Part shown: piece by piece, positions 1-9,077 of the stretch
How positions within the stretch are numbered: the stretch's first letter is position 1
How the letters are laid out: the number at the start of each line of letters is the position of its first letter
From: Candidatus Poribacteria bacterium
GTDB taxonomy: Bacteria; Poribacteria; WGA-4E; WGA-3G
DNA length: 64,000 bases
Direction of reading: 5' to 3'
NCBI GenBank assembly: GCA_965205015.1
Contig: OZ242029.1
Coordinates: 864,001 to 928,000 of the forward strand
Position numbers and translations under genes: made by a program
The notes under the pieces: model-generated
Seen by the model: the letters and a program-made list of their open reading frames with translations, nothing else
What the model was told of the DNA's origin: nothing
Database searches by the model: none

Positions 1-198
1 CACCAGAGCGATAATCGAGACAATCACAGCAATCACAGCACAACCGATAGGTATCCATTCCTTGAATGCTAAGCGTCTGCCTTTCAACTCTGCGACACCG
101 GTTTCAACGTTTCGTAACCGGCTGTCAATACTCTCAAGCCGATTCTCAATTCTATCAAAGCCTTGCTTCATTAATCCGTAAAGTTCTTCAATAGTCAT
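1..198 (-). CDS. Small coiled-coil protein with C-terminal transmembrane segment (runs off the window edge)
   Basis: GAGGTG RBS, then ATG at 198. Translates MTIEELYGLMKQGFDRIENRLESIDSRLRNVETGVAELKGRRLAFKEWIPIGCAVIAVIVSIIALV with no stop in the window. Not in the ORF track. Confidence 0.7.
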   Translation of the reverse strand, partial: MTIEELYGLMKQGFDRIENRLESIDSRLRNVETGVAELKGRRLAFKEWIPIGCAVIAVIVSIIALV

Positions 199-231
199 GA
201 TGTTCACCTCATGTGAACCTAAATTTTAAGA

Positions 232-260
232 ATTGTACTACATTTTCGAGAGAAAGTCAA
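232..260 (-). promoter_or_regulatory. Sigma70-type promoter for the leftward small gene
   Basis: Minus strand TTGACT-17 nt-TACAAT. Confidence 0.6.
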
Positions 261-343
261 ATTCATTTTCAATCATCTCAATCCTTGCATTTTAACATCG
301 CCTGCTATAATATGCAAGGAAAGATTCGTTAGGAGAACTCCAA

Positions 344-1309
344 ATGAAAAAAGTCAATATTGCGCTTATCGGCGCGGGCGGGATGGCAAACGGTGTCCAT
401 TATCCGTCGCTCAGAGAGTGTGAAGATGTGAATCTTGTTGGATTGTGTGACGTAATCCCATCAAAACTTCAGGCAACAGCAGAACGCTTTGAGATTGAGG
501 AAACGTTCACTGACTATAAACAGATGCTGGAGAAGACGAGTCCGGATGCGGTGTATATCCTCATGCCGCCGCAACATCTATTTCCGCTCGTCATCCACTG
601 TCTCTCGCAACAGCATCACGTTTTTATTGAGAAACCACCCGGCGTTACACTCCACCAAACCAAGGAAATGGCACGCGCCGCAGAGAAAAACAACTGTAAG
701 ACGATGGTAGGTTTCAACCGTCGCTTTATCCCTCTCTTGCGAAAGGTCAAAGCAATCGTCGAAAAGCAAGGTCCGATCCTTCAGTGCATGTCAACCTTCC
801 ACAAAAACACACCCGACGCACACTATTACGACGGCGTGATAGATGTCCTAACATGCGATGCAATCCACGCCGTGGATGCACTCCGATGGCTTGGTGGTGG
901 TGAGGTGAAAGCCGTCGCAAGCGACATCAACAGTTTCTATTCCGAGCGTGAGAATAGTTTCAATGCCCTTGTTAAATTTACCAGCGGTGCCTCCGGTTAT
1001 CTCTGTACCAACTGGGCAGTCGGCGGGCGTATCCATACATTTGAGATGCACGCGCGTGAGATTTCCGCCTATATTAATCCCGATGCCGGCGGACGTGCGG
1101 TCCTTCACACCCCCAACGGTACAACTGAAATTACCCCTGAAGACGCCGCGGGATCTGAGGCGACACATAGGTCTTACGGATTTTATGGAGAGAGCAGACA
1201 TTTCGTCGATTGTATTCACCAGAACCAGCAGCCGTTAACCTGCTTCGCGGACGCAGTCAAGACGATGGAACTCGTGGCAGCTATCTATCAAAACCGGATA
1301 GACGCTTGA
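344..1309 (+). CDS. Gfo/Idh/MocA family oxidoreductase
   Basis: IGAGGMA Rossmann motif, EKP motif, GFNRRF, DAIHAVD. AGGAG RBS; TGCTATAAT extended -10 at 303-311. Confidence 0.9.
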   Translation: MKKVNIALIGAGGMANGVHYPSLRECEDVNLVGLCDVIPSKLQATAERFEIEETFTDYKQMLEKTSPDAVYILMPPQHLFPLVIHCLSQQHHVFIEKPPGVTLHQTKEMARAAEKNNCKTMVGFNRRFIPLLRKVKAIVEKQGPILQCMSTFHKNTPDAHYYDGVIDVLTCDAIHAVDALRWLGGGEVKAVASDINSFYSERENSFNALVKFTSGASGYLCTNWAVGGRIHTFEMHAREISAYINPDAGGRAVLHTPNGTTEITPEDAAGSEATHRSYGFYGESRHFVDCIHQNQQPLTCFADAVKTMELVAAIYQNRIDA

Positions 1310-1387
1310 ACGCCCAGCACGAAAAATCAATTGGCATCTTTCTTGCTAAGATGATATTATAAAATGGTAGGGACCCTTGCGAACGCT

Positions 1388-2347
1388 ATGAATACACACC
1401 ACATACCCGTCTTATGTGATAAAGTCATTGATTTTCTCCGTCCAAAATCGGAGCGTGTTTACATAGATGGCACTGTGGGGTTAGGAGGGCATAGTGCTGC
1501 TATTTTAGAGACTTCCGCACCGAACGGACGCGTGATCGGAATTGATTTAGATGTTGAGGCTCTCAGTATCGCAAAAGGTAGATTACAGGTCTTCGGGGCG
1601 CGTTATTCTCTCATTAACGGCAATTTTGCTGAGATGGATGTCTTATTGGAAACCAGACACTCAGTTCACGCGGTAGACGGTATTCTGCTTGACTTAGGGG
1701 TATCTTCTCTGCAACTGGACACACCACACCGAGGTTTCAGTTTCAACCATACCGGTCCGTTAGATATGCGCATGAATCCACGGCAGGTGTTAAACAGCGA
1801 GCGAGAAGCGAGAATCCTTACAGCTATGCAGGTCGTCAACGACAGTCCAATGGATGCCCTCGTTGATATTTTTAAACGGTATGGCGAAGAACGATTCGCG
1901 AAACGGATTGCACATCGGATTATTCAGACGAGACAAAAAACACCGATAGCCACAACAACGCAACTCGCAGAGATTGCTAAGCAAGCCGTCCCCAAGAGCA
2001 GATCCAAAATTCATCCGGCAACTCGTATATTTCAGGCACTCCGCATTCATATCAACGCCGAATTGGAAAATCTCGCGATCGCTTTAGACGTTGCAATACA
2101 ACTTTTGAAACCGGGCGGTTGCCTGTGTGTCATCACATTTCATTCACTTGAAGATAGGATCGTCAAACACCATTTCCAGACCTGCGCACGGGCGTGCGTC
2201 TGTCCACCCAAAACGCCCGTCTGTATTTGTGAACACACCGCGTCTCTGGAAATTCTCACGAAGCGTCCCATAGTACCAGATGCCCTTGAAGTTGAAAATA
2301 ATCCGCGAGCACGCAGTGCTAAATTGCGCGTCGCTCGCAAGTTGTAG
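1388..2347 (+). CDS. rsmH: 16S rRNA m4C1402 methyltransferase
   Basis: HIPVL, DGTVGLGGHS, DLGVSSLQLD, RGFSF, PLDMRM, HPATRIFQALRI, FHSLEDRIVK, NPRARSAKLR. First gene of the dcw cluster. Start could be 1364. Confidence 0.95.
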   Translation: MNTHHIPVLCDKVIDFLRPKSERVYIDGTVGLGGHSAAILETSAPNGRVIGIDLDVEALSIAKGRLQVFGARYSLINGNFAEMDVLLETRHSVHAVDGILLDLGVSSLQLDTPHRGFSFNHTGPLDMRMNPRQVLNSEREARILTAMQVVNDSPMDALVDIFKRYGEERFAKRIAHRIIQTRQKTPIATTTQLAEIAKQAVPKSRSKIHPATRIFQALRIHINAELENLAIALDVAIQLLKPGGCLCVITFHSLEDRIVKHHFQTCARACVCPPKTPVCICEHTASLEILTKRPIVPDALEVENNPRARSAKLRVARKL

Positions 2348-2471
2348 GGTAAGGTGTCTCTACTTCGCGCCCTACCAAAGAAAAATGTATCTTAAATACA
2401 ATATTCAACGTTTAAAAAAAAGAGTTTTTGCCACCTGTGGAAGCACCCTCTCTCTATAGAATATTGAATAC

Positions 2472-2798
2472 ATGCAAACATTACATAATAGTCATTCGAC
2501 ACGCATTACCAATACAGAAGACCCAAAACCGAAAAGGAGATTCCCGTTAGCCTATATTGTTCTGGTGCTATCTTTCTGCACCTTCGCTGGCAGCATCTGG
2601 TTCTCATCTTACGCCAAAAAGGTTGCTTTGCATCGACAACCGACTTACGAGAGGCAGAAGCGTCAAATTCAGGACGAAATTCATCGACTTGAATTGAAAG
2701 AATCAACCTTAACGGGTGTCCAAAGGATTCGGAAAATCGCGACCGAATTCGGAATGGTTGCACCCACCGAAGCCTCACAAGTCGTCTGGGATAAATAA
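2472..2798 (+). CDS. ftsL: Cell division protein FtsL-like
   Basis: 108 aa with one TM helix, a coiled coil and C-terminal RIRKIATEFGM. Lies between rsmH and ftsI. Confidence 0.7.
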   Translation: MQTLHNSHSTRITNTEDPKPKRRFPLAYIVLVLSFCTFAGSIWFSSYAKKVALHRQPTYERQKRQIQDEIHRLELKESTLTGVQRIRKIATEFGMVAPTEASQVVWDK

Positions 2799-2972
2799 AG
2801 GAAGGGTTCCTGATACCACATACTCACATCTCTGTTGCTTTTGAAATCATCCTGTGCAATCTCTTTCTTCTTCGCTTAAGCGCAGTGTTCGTAATGAAAT
2901 GGAGAATGGATAAACGAAAAGGTACTTCAAAGTCGAAACCGAGCTGACCGAACCGCAAGGTATAATTAAAAA

Positions 2973-4757
2973 ATGAAAAATAATTCGCATTTATCTATTC
3001 CCCGACTGGCTTTCGTGCTTATTATACTTCAGATAAGTTTCCTCTTATTGATAGGTAAATTGTTCAAAGTTCAGATATCGAGCGATGTTGAACATCAAGG
3101 ATTCGCTGGACACCCTTGGGGCCCCGCGCGCACAGCAGCGGTAAAACGAGGCAAAATTTTGGACAGACACGGCAATGTTTTAGCCTTGAGCCGTCACAGC
3201 CTCTCCGTCTATGCCGACCCGAAGTATATGAAGACGGATCCGAGTGAAGCCGCGCGGAGACTTGCCCCGGTTTTAGGTGTTCCCGAATCCGAATTGCTGA
3301 CCAAACTTCGCCGCAAGGATAAACGGTTTGTATGGCTCAAAAAGGATATGGATTACGAATTGCTTGATGAGATTCGAGCAATTGAAAAAGACATCCGCGG
3401 CATCAAACATGAGGTCGAACAGCAACGCTCCTATCCGAAAGGGCAACTCGCCGCCCAAGTCATTGGACATATAAACGATCAAAATATGGGTGAGGGAATC
3501 GAGTACCAGTACAACAATTATCTTTTGAACGCGAGGCAGCGACAAGCCGCGCGGCGGGCAGAAGCCGCCCGTAACGAACCCATAAACTTGCTAACCAAGG
3601 GTGACTCTACCGACGATTATGGATACAGTGTCGTCTTGACTATTGACGAATATATTCAGCACGTCGCTGAAAAGGAACTAACAGCAGCCTGTCGAAAGTG
3701 GAACGCCCCACGAGGAACCGCCATCGTCTTGGCATCAAAAACCGCTGAAATATTGGCACTCGCTAACTACCCCTCTTACGATTTGAATCATTATACACTC
3801 GGGAGTGAGCAAGCAAAAAGGAATTTCGGTGTTTGGTTCGCGTATGAACCCGGCTCGATCTTTAAAATCGTTGCATCCTCCGCTGTCCTGAACGAAGGTA
3901 TTATGAGCCCCGAGTCAACGGTTTTTTGCGAGAACGGACGATACCAACTCCCAAACGGTAGAATCATCCGAGACGTATCCGGGAAAGGATGGCTTACCTT
4001 AGAAGAAGTCCTCCACAAATCGAGTAATATCGGTATGATTAAAGTCGTCAAGGAATTGGGATATGAGCACCTTAGTACCTACATCAACAAGTACGGCTTT
4101 GGAAAGGCAACCGGTGTAGACTTGCCTTATGAGCACAATGGAAGTCTTTATGCCGTAAAACACTGGGATACACACTCTCTTGGCGCCGTCCCTTTTGGAC
4201 AAGGGATTATGGTGACCCCTCTTCAAATGGTGAGTGCGCTAAACGTCATTGCGAACGGTGGAAAACTCCTCCGCCCACATATTACCCGAGAAATTCAGGA
4301 CAGTAGCGGAAAGGTGATTAAAAAGAAATATCCCATTGAAGTCCGGCAGGTCATCCGTCCGAGAGTCGCAAAACAGATGACTGAGATACTCGTCGGTGTC
4401 GTTGAAGGGGGTAGCGGCAGGCGGGCACGTGTTGAAGGCTATCGCGTGGCAGGAAAAACAGGAACAGCCCAAAAAGCTGAAAAACATGGGAAAGGCTACG
4501 CCGGAAAAGAGATTATGTCCTTTATGGGATTCCTACCAGCCGAGAACCCTATGGTCTCAATAATCGTTATGCTTGATGAACCGAGGGGGGCACGTTTCAG
4601 TGGACAAATCGCCGGACCCCTCTTTCAGCAAATCGCTGCGCAAACCGTGCAATACTTGAAGCAAACCGAGTTCTTCGGACCCGAACTTCAAAAACCCTCC
4701 GACTTCTCATCTGTTGTGAAAAAACAATCACCAACGCTGAAAGGAGAGGGGCTATGA
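2973..4757 (+). CDS. ftsI: Class B penicillin-binding protein (division transpeptidase)
   Basis: RGKILDRHG, RSYPKG; SxxK (GSIFK), SxN (SSN) and KTG motifs; dcw position. Confidence 0.9.
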   Translation: MKNNSHLSIPRLAFVLIILQISFLLLIGKLFKVQISSDVEHQGFAGHPWGPARTAAVKRGKILDRHGNVLALSRHSLSVYADPKYMKTDPSEAARRLAPVLGVPESELLTKLRRKDKRFVWLKKDMDYELLDEIRAIEKDIRGIKHEVEQQRSYPKGQLAAQVIGHINDQNMGEGIEYQYNNYLLNARQRQAARRAEAARNEPINLLTKGDSTDDYGYSVVLTIDEYIQHVAEKELTAACRKWNAPRGTAIVLASKTAEILALANYPSYDLNHYTLGSEQAKRNFGVWFAYEPGSIFKIVASSAVLNEGIMSPESTVFCENGRYQLPNGRIIRDVSGKGWLTLEEVLHKSSNIGMIKVVKELGYEHLSTYINKYGFGKATGVDLPYEHNGSLYAVKHWDTHSLGAVPFGQGIMVTPLQMVSALNVIANGGKLLRPHITREIQDSSGKVIKKKYPIEVRQVIRPRVAKQMTEILVGVVEGGSGRRARVEGYRVAGKTGTAQKAEKHGKGYAGKEIMSFMGFLPAENPMVSIIVMLDEPRGARFSGQIAGPLFQQIAAQTVQYLKQTEFFGPELQKPSDFSSVVKKQSPTLKGEGL

Positions 4758-6304
4758 AACTTCATGAACTGCTCCGCGGACTTAACATTACCACAAGTTC
4801 TGGATCGCTGGATACTGATATTACGGGTGTTGTCAGCGACAATCGGAACGTCGAACTCGGTAATGCTTTTGTCTGTTATCAAGGCATCAACGTAGATAGC
4901 CATGATTTCATTCCAGATGCACTTCAAAAAGGAGCAGCAGTTGTCATTGGCGAAAAACCGATAACACCTATAGCGATACAAGGAACACCGACGACCTATG
5001 TGCAAGTTCCCTGCGGGCGCCGAGCCCTATCCTTGATCGCTGCCAATTGGCACGGAAACCCCGCAAAACACCTTAAACTCATCGGTATCACAGGCACCAA
5101 TGGTAAAACCTCAACGGCACACCTCATACACGCCATATTCAAGGCAAGCGGACAGAAAACAGCACGCATTGGAACGGTCGGCCACCAGTACACAAACGCC
5201 CAAGGCAAAGAGGAAACAGTCCCTGCCTCCCTCACAACCCCCGATGCGCTCGCACTCCACGCACTCTTCAAACAGTTTACGCAGGACGGTATAGCGTCCG
5301 TTACGATGGAAACCTCCTCCCAAGGGTTAGCACTGCAGCGACTGGCAGGGCTTACCTTCGATACCGCTGTTTTTACCAACTTCACTCAGGACCACCTCGA
5401 TTATCATCAAACGATGGAAGCATATTTAGAGGCGAAACTGATGTTGTTCAAGCAACTCCACAAGGAAGGCATCGCGATCTTGAACGGCGACTCACCCGTA
5501 GTAGCGCGCATCGCCGATGCCTGCTCTGATGTGCGCCTTTTGACGTACGGACTCGATAAAAAAGCAGATTTACACGCCGAGGATATTAATTTTTCTCATA
5601 ATCGATTGGCGTTTACAGCGGTTACGCCAGAGGGACGCATCCCCGTTAAGTTACGACTCCTCGGAGAATACAACCTTTACAATGCCCTTGCTGCCATTGC
5701 TGTTGGACGCCGTTACGATTGTCCGATCCCAGCAATTCAGGAAGGTCTCGCCGCGACTGTCGTTCCCGGTCGGTTTGAGCTCATTGATCAAAAACAGGAT
5801 TTCGCTGTCATCGTCGACTATGCACATACACCTGATGGCTTAGAAAATGTGCTGACTGCTGCTAAGCGCGTCGCTAAACGGAATCTCATCTGTGTTTTCG
5901 GATGCGGTGGCGATAGGGATAACGGCAAGCGTCCGAAGATGGGAAATATTTCTGCACAAATTGCGGATTATAGCGTGATTACCTCCGACAATCCGCGTAC
6001 CGAGGACCCTGATGAAATCATCGCGCAAATTGTGTCAAATTTACCACATGATACCAAATATGTGTGCATTCGCGAGAGGCGCGACGCTATCCACCACGCA
6101 ATCGCGACGGCAAAATCTGGTGATGTTGTTGTCATCGCAGGTAAAGGACACGAAGATTACCAGGAAATTAATGGTGAAAGATTTCCCTTCGACGATCGGG
6201 TCGTGGCTTCAGATTTTTTGGAAATGGCAATCAGCAATCAGCAGTCAGCAAAAAATGAAAACCTCTTAACTGATGGTGAACCGATGGTTTCCGATAGCCT
6301 TTAA
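4754..6304 (+). CDS. murE: UDP-MurNAc-dipeptide:meso-DAP ligase
   Basis: GITGTNGKTS, TTPD, DHLDYH, DYAHTPD, GCGGDRD, DNPR (meso-DAP specificity), AGKGHEDYQ. Confidence 0.95.
   Translation: MKLHELLRGLNITTSSGSLDTDITGVVSDNRNVELGNAFVCYQGINVDSHDFIPDALQKGAAVVIGEKPITPIAIQGTPTTYVQVPCGRRALSLIAANWHGNPAKHLKLIGITGTNGKTSTAHLIHAIFKASGQKTARIGTVGHQYTNAQGKEETVPASLTTPDALALHALFKQFTQDGIASVTMETSSQGLALQRLAGLTFDTAVFTNFTQDHLDYHQTMEAYLEAKLMLFKQLHKEGIAILNGDSPVVARIADACSDVRLLTYGLDKKADLHAEDINFSHNRLAFTAVTPEGRIPVKLRLLGEYNLYNALAAIAVGRRYDCPIPAIQEGLAATVVPGRFELIDQKQDFAVIVDYAHTPDGLENVLTAAKRVAKRNLICVFGCGGDRDNGKRPKMGNISAQIADYSVITSDNPRTEDPDEIIAQIVSNLPHDTKYVCIRERRDAIHHAIATAKSGDVVVIAGKGHEDYQEINGERFPFDDRVVASDFLEMAISNQQSAKNENLLTDGEPMVSDSL
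6227..6298. repeat. Heptamer-unit palindromic repeat (CAATCAG/CAGTCAG ... CTGATGG/CCGATAG) forming the murE C-terminal tail
   Basis: gcaatcagcaatcagcagtcagc ... ctgatggtgaaccgatggtttccgatagc. Related copies at about 7200, 8885, 10375, 11511, 17211 and 35591. Confidence 0.7.
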
Positions 6305-6309
6305 AAAAC

Positions 6310-7071
6310 ATGCAGAGTACGGAGATTAACGGTCTGAAAATCTCATATCAGGTTGGCGGAGAGGGCGACGTCGTTCTCCTTCTGCATGGCTGGGGTGGAG
6401 AAGCGGCGAGTTTTCAACCCGTCTTTGATTGGCTCACACAATCCCACAAAGTCTACGCACTGGATTTGCCAGGGTTCGGTCAAAGTCAGATGCCACCTAC
6501 AGCATGGAACACCTCCGATTACGCCCAGTTCGTTATAGCGTTTCTGGAGAAGTCTGGCATTCCGAAGGCTCACTTCATCGGTCACTCCTTTGGCGGTAGA
6601 ATTGCGATTATCGTATCAGCGGAATACCCTGAAAAAGTCGATAAACTTATCTTGGTTGACAGCGCGGGAATCAAACCCCCTCGCTCCGCAAGATACTATC
6701 TTCGCGTAGGTTTGGCAAAAATCGGTAAATTGCTCCGCCGATGCGGGAAATACGGTATCTTTGTCGCAGACGCGATGTCCGCACGTGCCGGCTCGAAAGA
6801 TTATCAGAACGCTGGAGATATGCGTGCCACACTCGTCAAAGTCGTGAATCAAGATTTGCGCGCATTCTTGCCACGGATAATCGCACCAACCTTACTCATC
6901 TGGGGGGAAGACGACAACGATACACCCGTGGCTTTCGGACAAATTATGGAGAAAGAAATACCTGACGCCGGATTAGTCGTCCTAAAGGAAGCGGGGCATT
7001 TCTCGTACCTTGATCAATTTCCGCAGTTTTGTCGAATCGTCGCAAGTTTTTTGAAAATCGCTGGAGAATAG
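6310..7071 (+). CDS. Alpha/beta hydrolase within the dcw cluster
   Basis: LLLHGWG oxyanion motif, DLPGFG, GHSFGG nucleophile elbow, IWGEDD, AGHFSY. Confidence 0.9.
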   Translation: MQSTEINGLKISYQVGGEGDVVLLLHGWGGEAASFQPVFDWLTQSHKVYALDLPGFGQSQMPPTAWNTSDYAQFVIAFLEKSGIPKAHFIGHSFGGRIAIIVSAEYPEKVDKLILVDSAGIKPPRSARYYLRVGLAKIGKLLRRCGKYGIFVADAMSARAGSKDYQNAGDMRATLVKVVNQDLRAFLPRIIAPTLLIWGEDDNDTPVAFGQIMEKEIPDAGLVVLKEAGHFSYLDQFPQFCRIVASFLKIAGE

Positions 7072-7254
7072 CATTTTAACCATCAACTCGGGTTTCCTTT
7101 GAATATTGTATCGGAGGCGAGTTGATGGTTAACCGCAAACCACACGCCGAGACCTGCGTCGCAATTAGCAAAGAGACTTCTATTAAACGAGAACCTTTTA
7201 ACTGATGGCTTCCGACTGCTGAAAGCCATTAAAAGGAAAATTGGAAAATTGGAA

Positions 7255-8904
7255 ATGATGAGTACAGTGTTTTTCTACTTCACGCTGCTAACCTGTTTCG
7301 TAAGGGCTGTTGTCAGGACGACGCGTGGTCTCCATATGCTCCAACTCGATGGCTATAAGACGGGTCGGTACCTGAAATGGATGCCTCAGCACTTGAAGAG
7401 TTGTTTTGAAATCAAGGAGATTCTCATTATTGGTGGGCTTCTCATCTTGACCGCGTTCTATCCACAATATAACGATACGTGGTTGTTCCCTATACTGTGT
7501 TTGGCTTGGGGCGGGTTCCAAATCTATATGAGCACACAACGGAAAAAGGTAGAAGCCAAAAAACCACTCGTTTATACGGCACGCGCGAAACGGGTGTTCG
7601 GACTCTCAATCTGCTTGCTCATCGGTATCGCGACAACACTCCTGCTGATAGCACAAACAAGTCCGTGGCGTATCGCGCTCTTCCTCTTTAGCGAATTAAC
7701 TGTCCTTAATTTAACAATTGCGAATCTTCTTATCTATCCTTTGGAGCGTACCATAAATGGAGCATATCTCCTTTCAGCGAAAAAGCGAATCAAGACGCTC
7801 CAACCCAAAGTTATCGGGATTACAGGAAGTTACGGCAAGACGAGCACGAAATATATTCTACATCAGATTTTGTCTCAAAAATTTAACACGTTGATGACAC
7901 CCGACAGTTACAATACACCCATGGGTATCTGCAAAGTCATCCGCGGGGAACTTACCGCCGAACATGAGATATTTATTGTCGAAATGGGGGCTTATAAACG
8001 TGGCGACATCCGAGAGTTGTGTAATTTAGCATCCCCTCAAATCGGCATTCTCACCGCTGTTGGACCTCAGCACTTGGAACGATTCAAAAGTATAGAGAAT
8101 ATTGCCAAAACGAAATATGAGTTGATCGAGTCTCTCCCACCGGGTGGGCTCGCAGTTTTCAACTGCGACAATGAAATCTGTGCTGGACTTGCCGATAAAA
8201 GGGAGCAAACTGGAAACTCAGTGCGTCGGTACGCGACAGAACCCTTTCCTGTAACTTCGGCTGCTGAGCGTGCTGAGTTAACCGCCACGGACATTCAACA
8301 CACCGACGCAGGACTTGCTTTCAGATTACATACATCCGTCGGTACGGAAACCGAAATTCGGACCCAACTTTTGGGGAGGCATAATGTATCCAATATCCTT
8401 GCTGCAACGGCAGTTGCAATAGAATGTGGGATGACGCTTGAGGAAATTCGGGTAGCAATCGCTAATGTTGAATCCGTGCCCCACCGCTTGCAATTGACTG
8501 CCAGTGAAGGCAACGTAACCATCATTGACGATAGCTTCAACTCGAACCCAGTCGGCGCGAAAGCCGCCCTTGAAGTTCTCACGGAAATCCAAGGTGGGAA
8601 AAAAGTGTTAGTGACACCTGGAATGGTAGAACTCGGGGAAAGGGAATACGAAGAAAATAAGCGTCTCGGAGAACACGCAGCCGATGTCTGTGACCTGGTC
8701 ATTTTAGTCGGACCCAAGCGGACGACTCCGATTTTAGACGGTTTGAAAGCCGTCCAATATCCGATCCAGCAAATCATTGTCGCACTCAACTTGGAAGAAG
8801 TCAAACAACATTTAGCAACACAGGTCGGAGCCGGTGATGTCGTCCTTTTTGAAAACGACCTGCCGGATAACTACAATGAGGAACAGCAATCGGCTATCGG
8901 TTGA
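7255..8904 (+). CDS. murF: MurF-like Mur ligase with N-terminal multi-TM domain
   Basis: GITGSYGKTSTK, SYNTPMG, VEMGA, GPQHLERF, IIDDSFNSNP, TPGMVELG, C-terminal ENDLPDNY. First ~170 aa hydrophobic. Start uncertain (7249 TTG, 7255 or 7258 ATG). Confidence 0.8.
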   Translation: MMSTVFFYFTLLTCFVRAVVRTTRGLHMLQLDGYKTGRYLKWMPQHLKSCFEIKEILIIGGLLILTAFYPQYNDTWLFPILCLAWGGFQIYMSTQRKKVEAKKPLVYTARAKRVFGLSICLLIGIATTLLLIAQTSPWRIALFLFSELTVLNLTIANLLIYPLERTINGAYLLSAKKRIKTLQPKVIGITGSYGKTSTKYILHQILSQKFNTLMTPDSYNTPMGICKVIRGELTAEHEIFIVEMGAYKRGDIRELCNLASPQIGILTAVGPQHLERFKSIENIAKTKYELIESLPPGGLAVFNCDNEICAGLADKREQTGNSVRRYATEPFPVTSAAERAELTATDIQHTDAGLAFRLHTSVGTETEIRTQLLGRHNVSNILAATAVAIECGMTLEEIRVAIANVESVPHRLQLTASEGNVTIIDDSFNSNPVGAKAALEVLTEIQGGKKVLVTPGMVELGEREYEENKRLGEHAADVCDLVILVGPKRTTPILDGLKAVQYPIQQIIVALNLEEVKQHLATQVGAGDVVLFENDLPDNYNEEQQSAIG

Positions 8905-8919
8905 CAGTCTTTTTAATAA

Positions 8920-9012
8920 TAGAACTTACGCAATTTCTATGGAAGCTCTACGGTCCACACGCCACCGGCGAGGTTTCAAACCTCGCCAGCAAAGGATGCT
9001 GCGTAAGTCCTG
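8920..9012. mobile_element. 93-bp MITE-like element
   Basis: 13-bp imperfect terminal inverted repeats TAGAACTTACGCA / TGCGTAAGTCCTG. AATAA direct repeat on both sides (8915-8919, 9013-9017). Internal palindrome GGCGAGGTTTCAAACCTCGCC. Confidence 0.7.
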
Positions 9013-9077
9013 AATAATTCGCAAAGCGTTAGATTAAGCGGTTGGTTCTCTAGCGATTTTCGTGAAGGAAAAATTAA

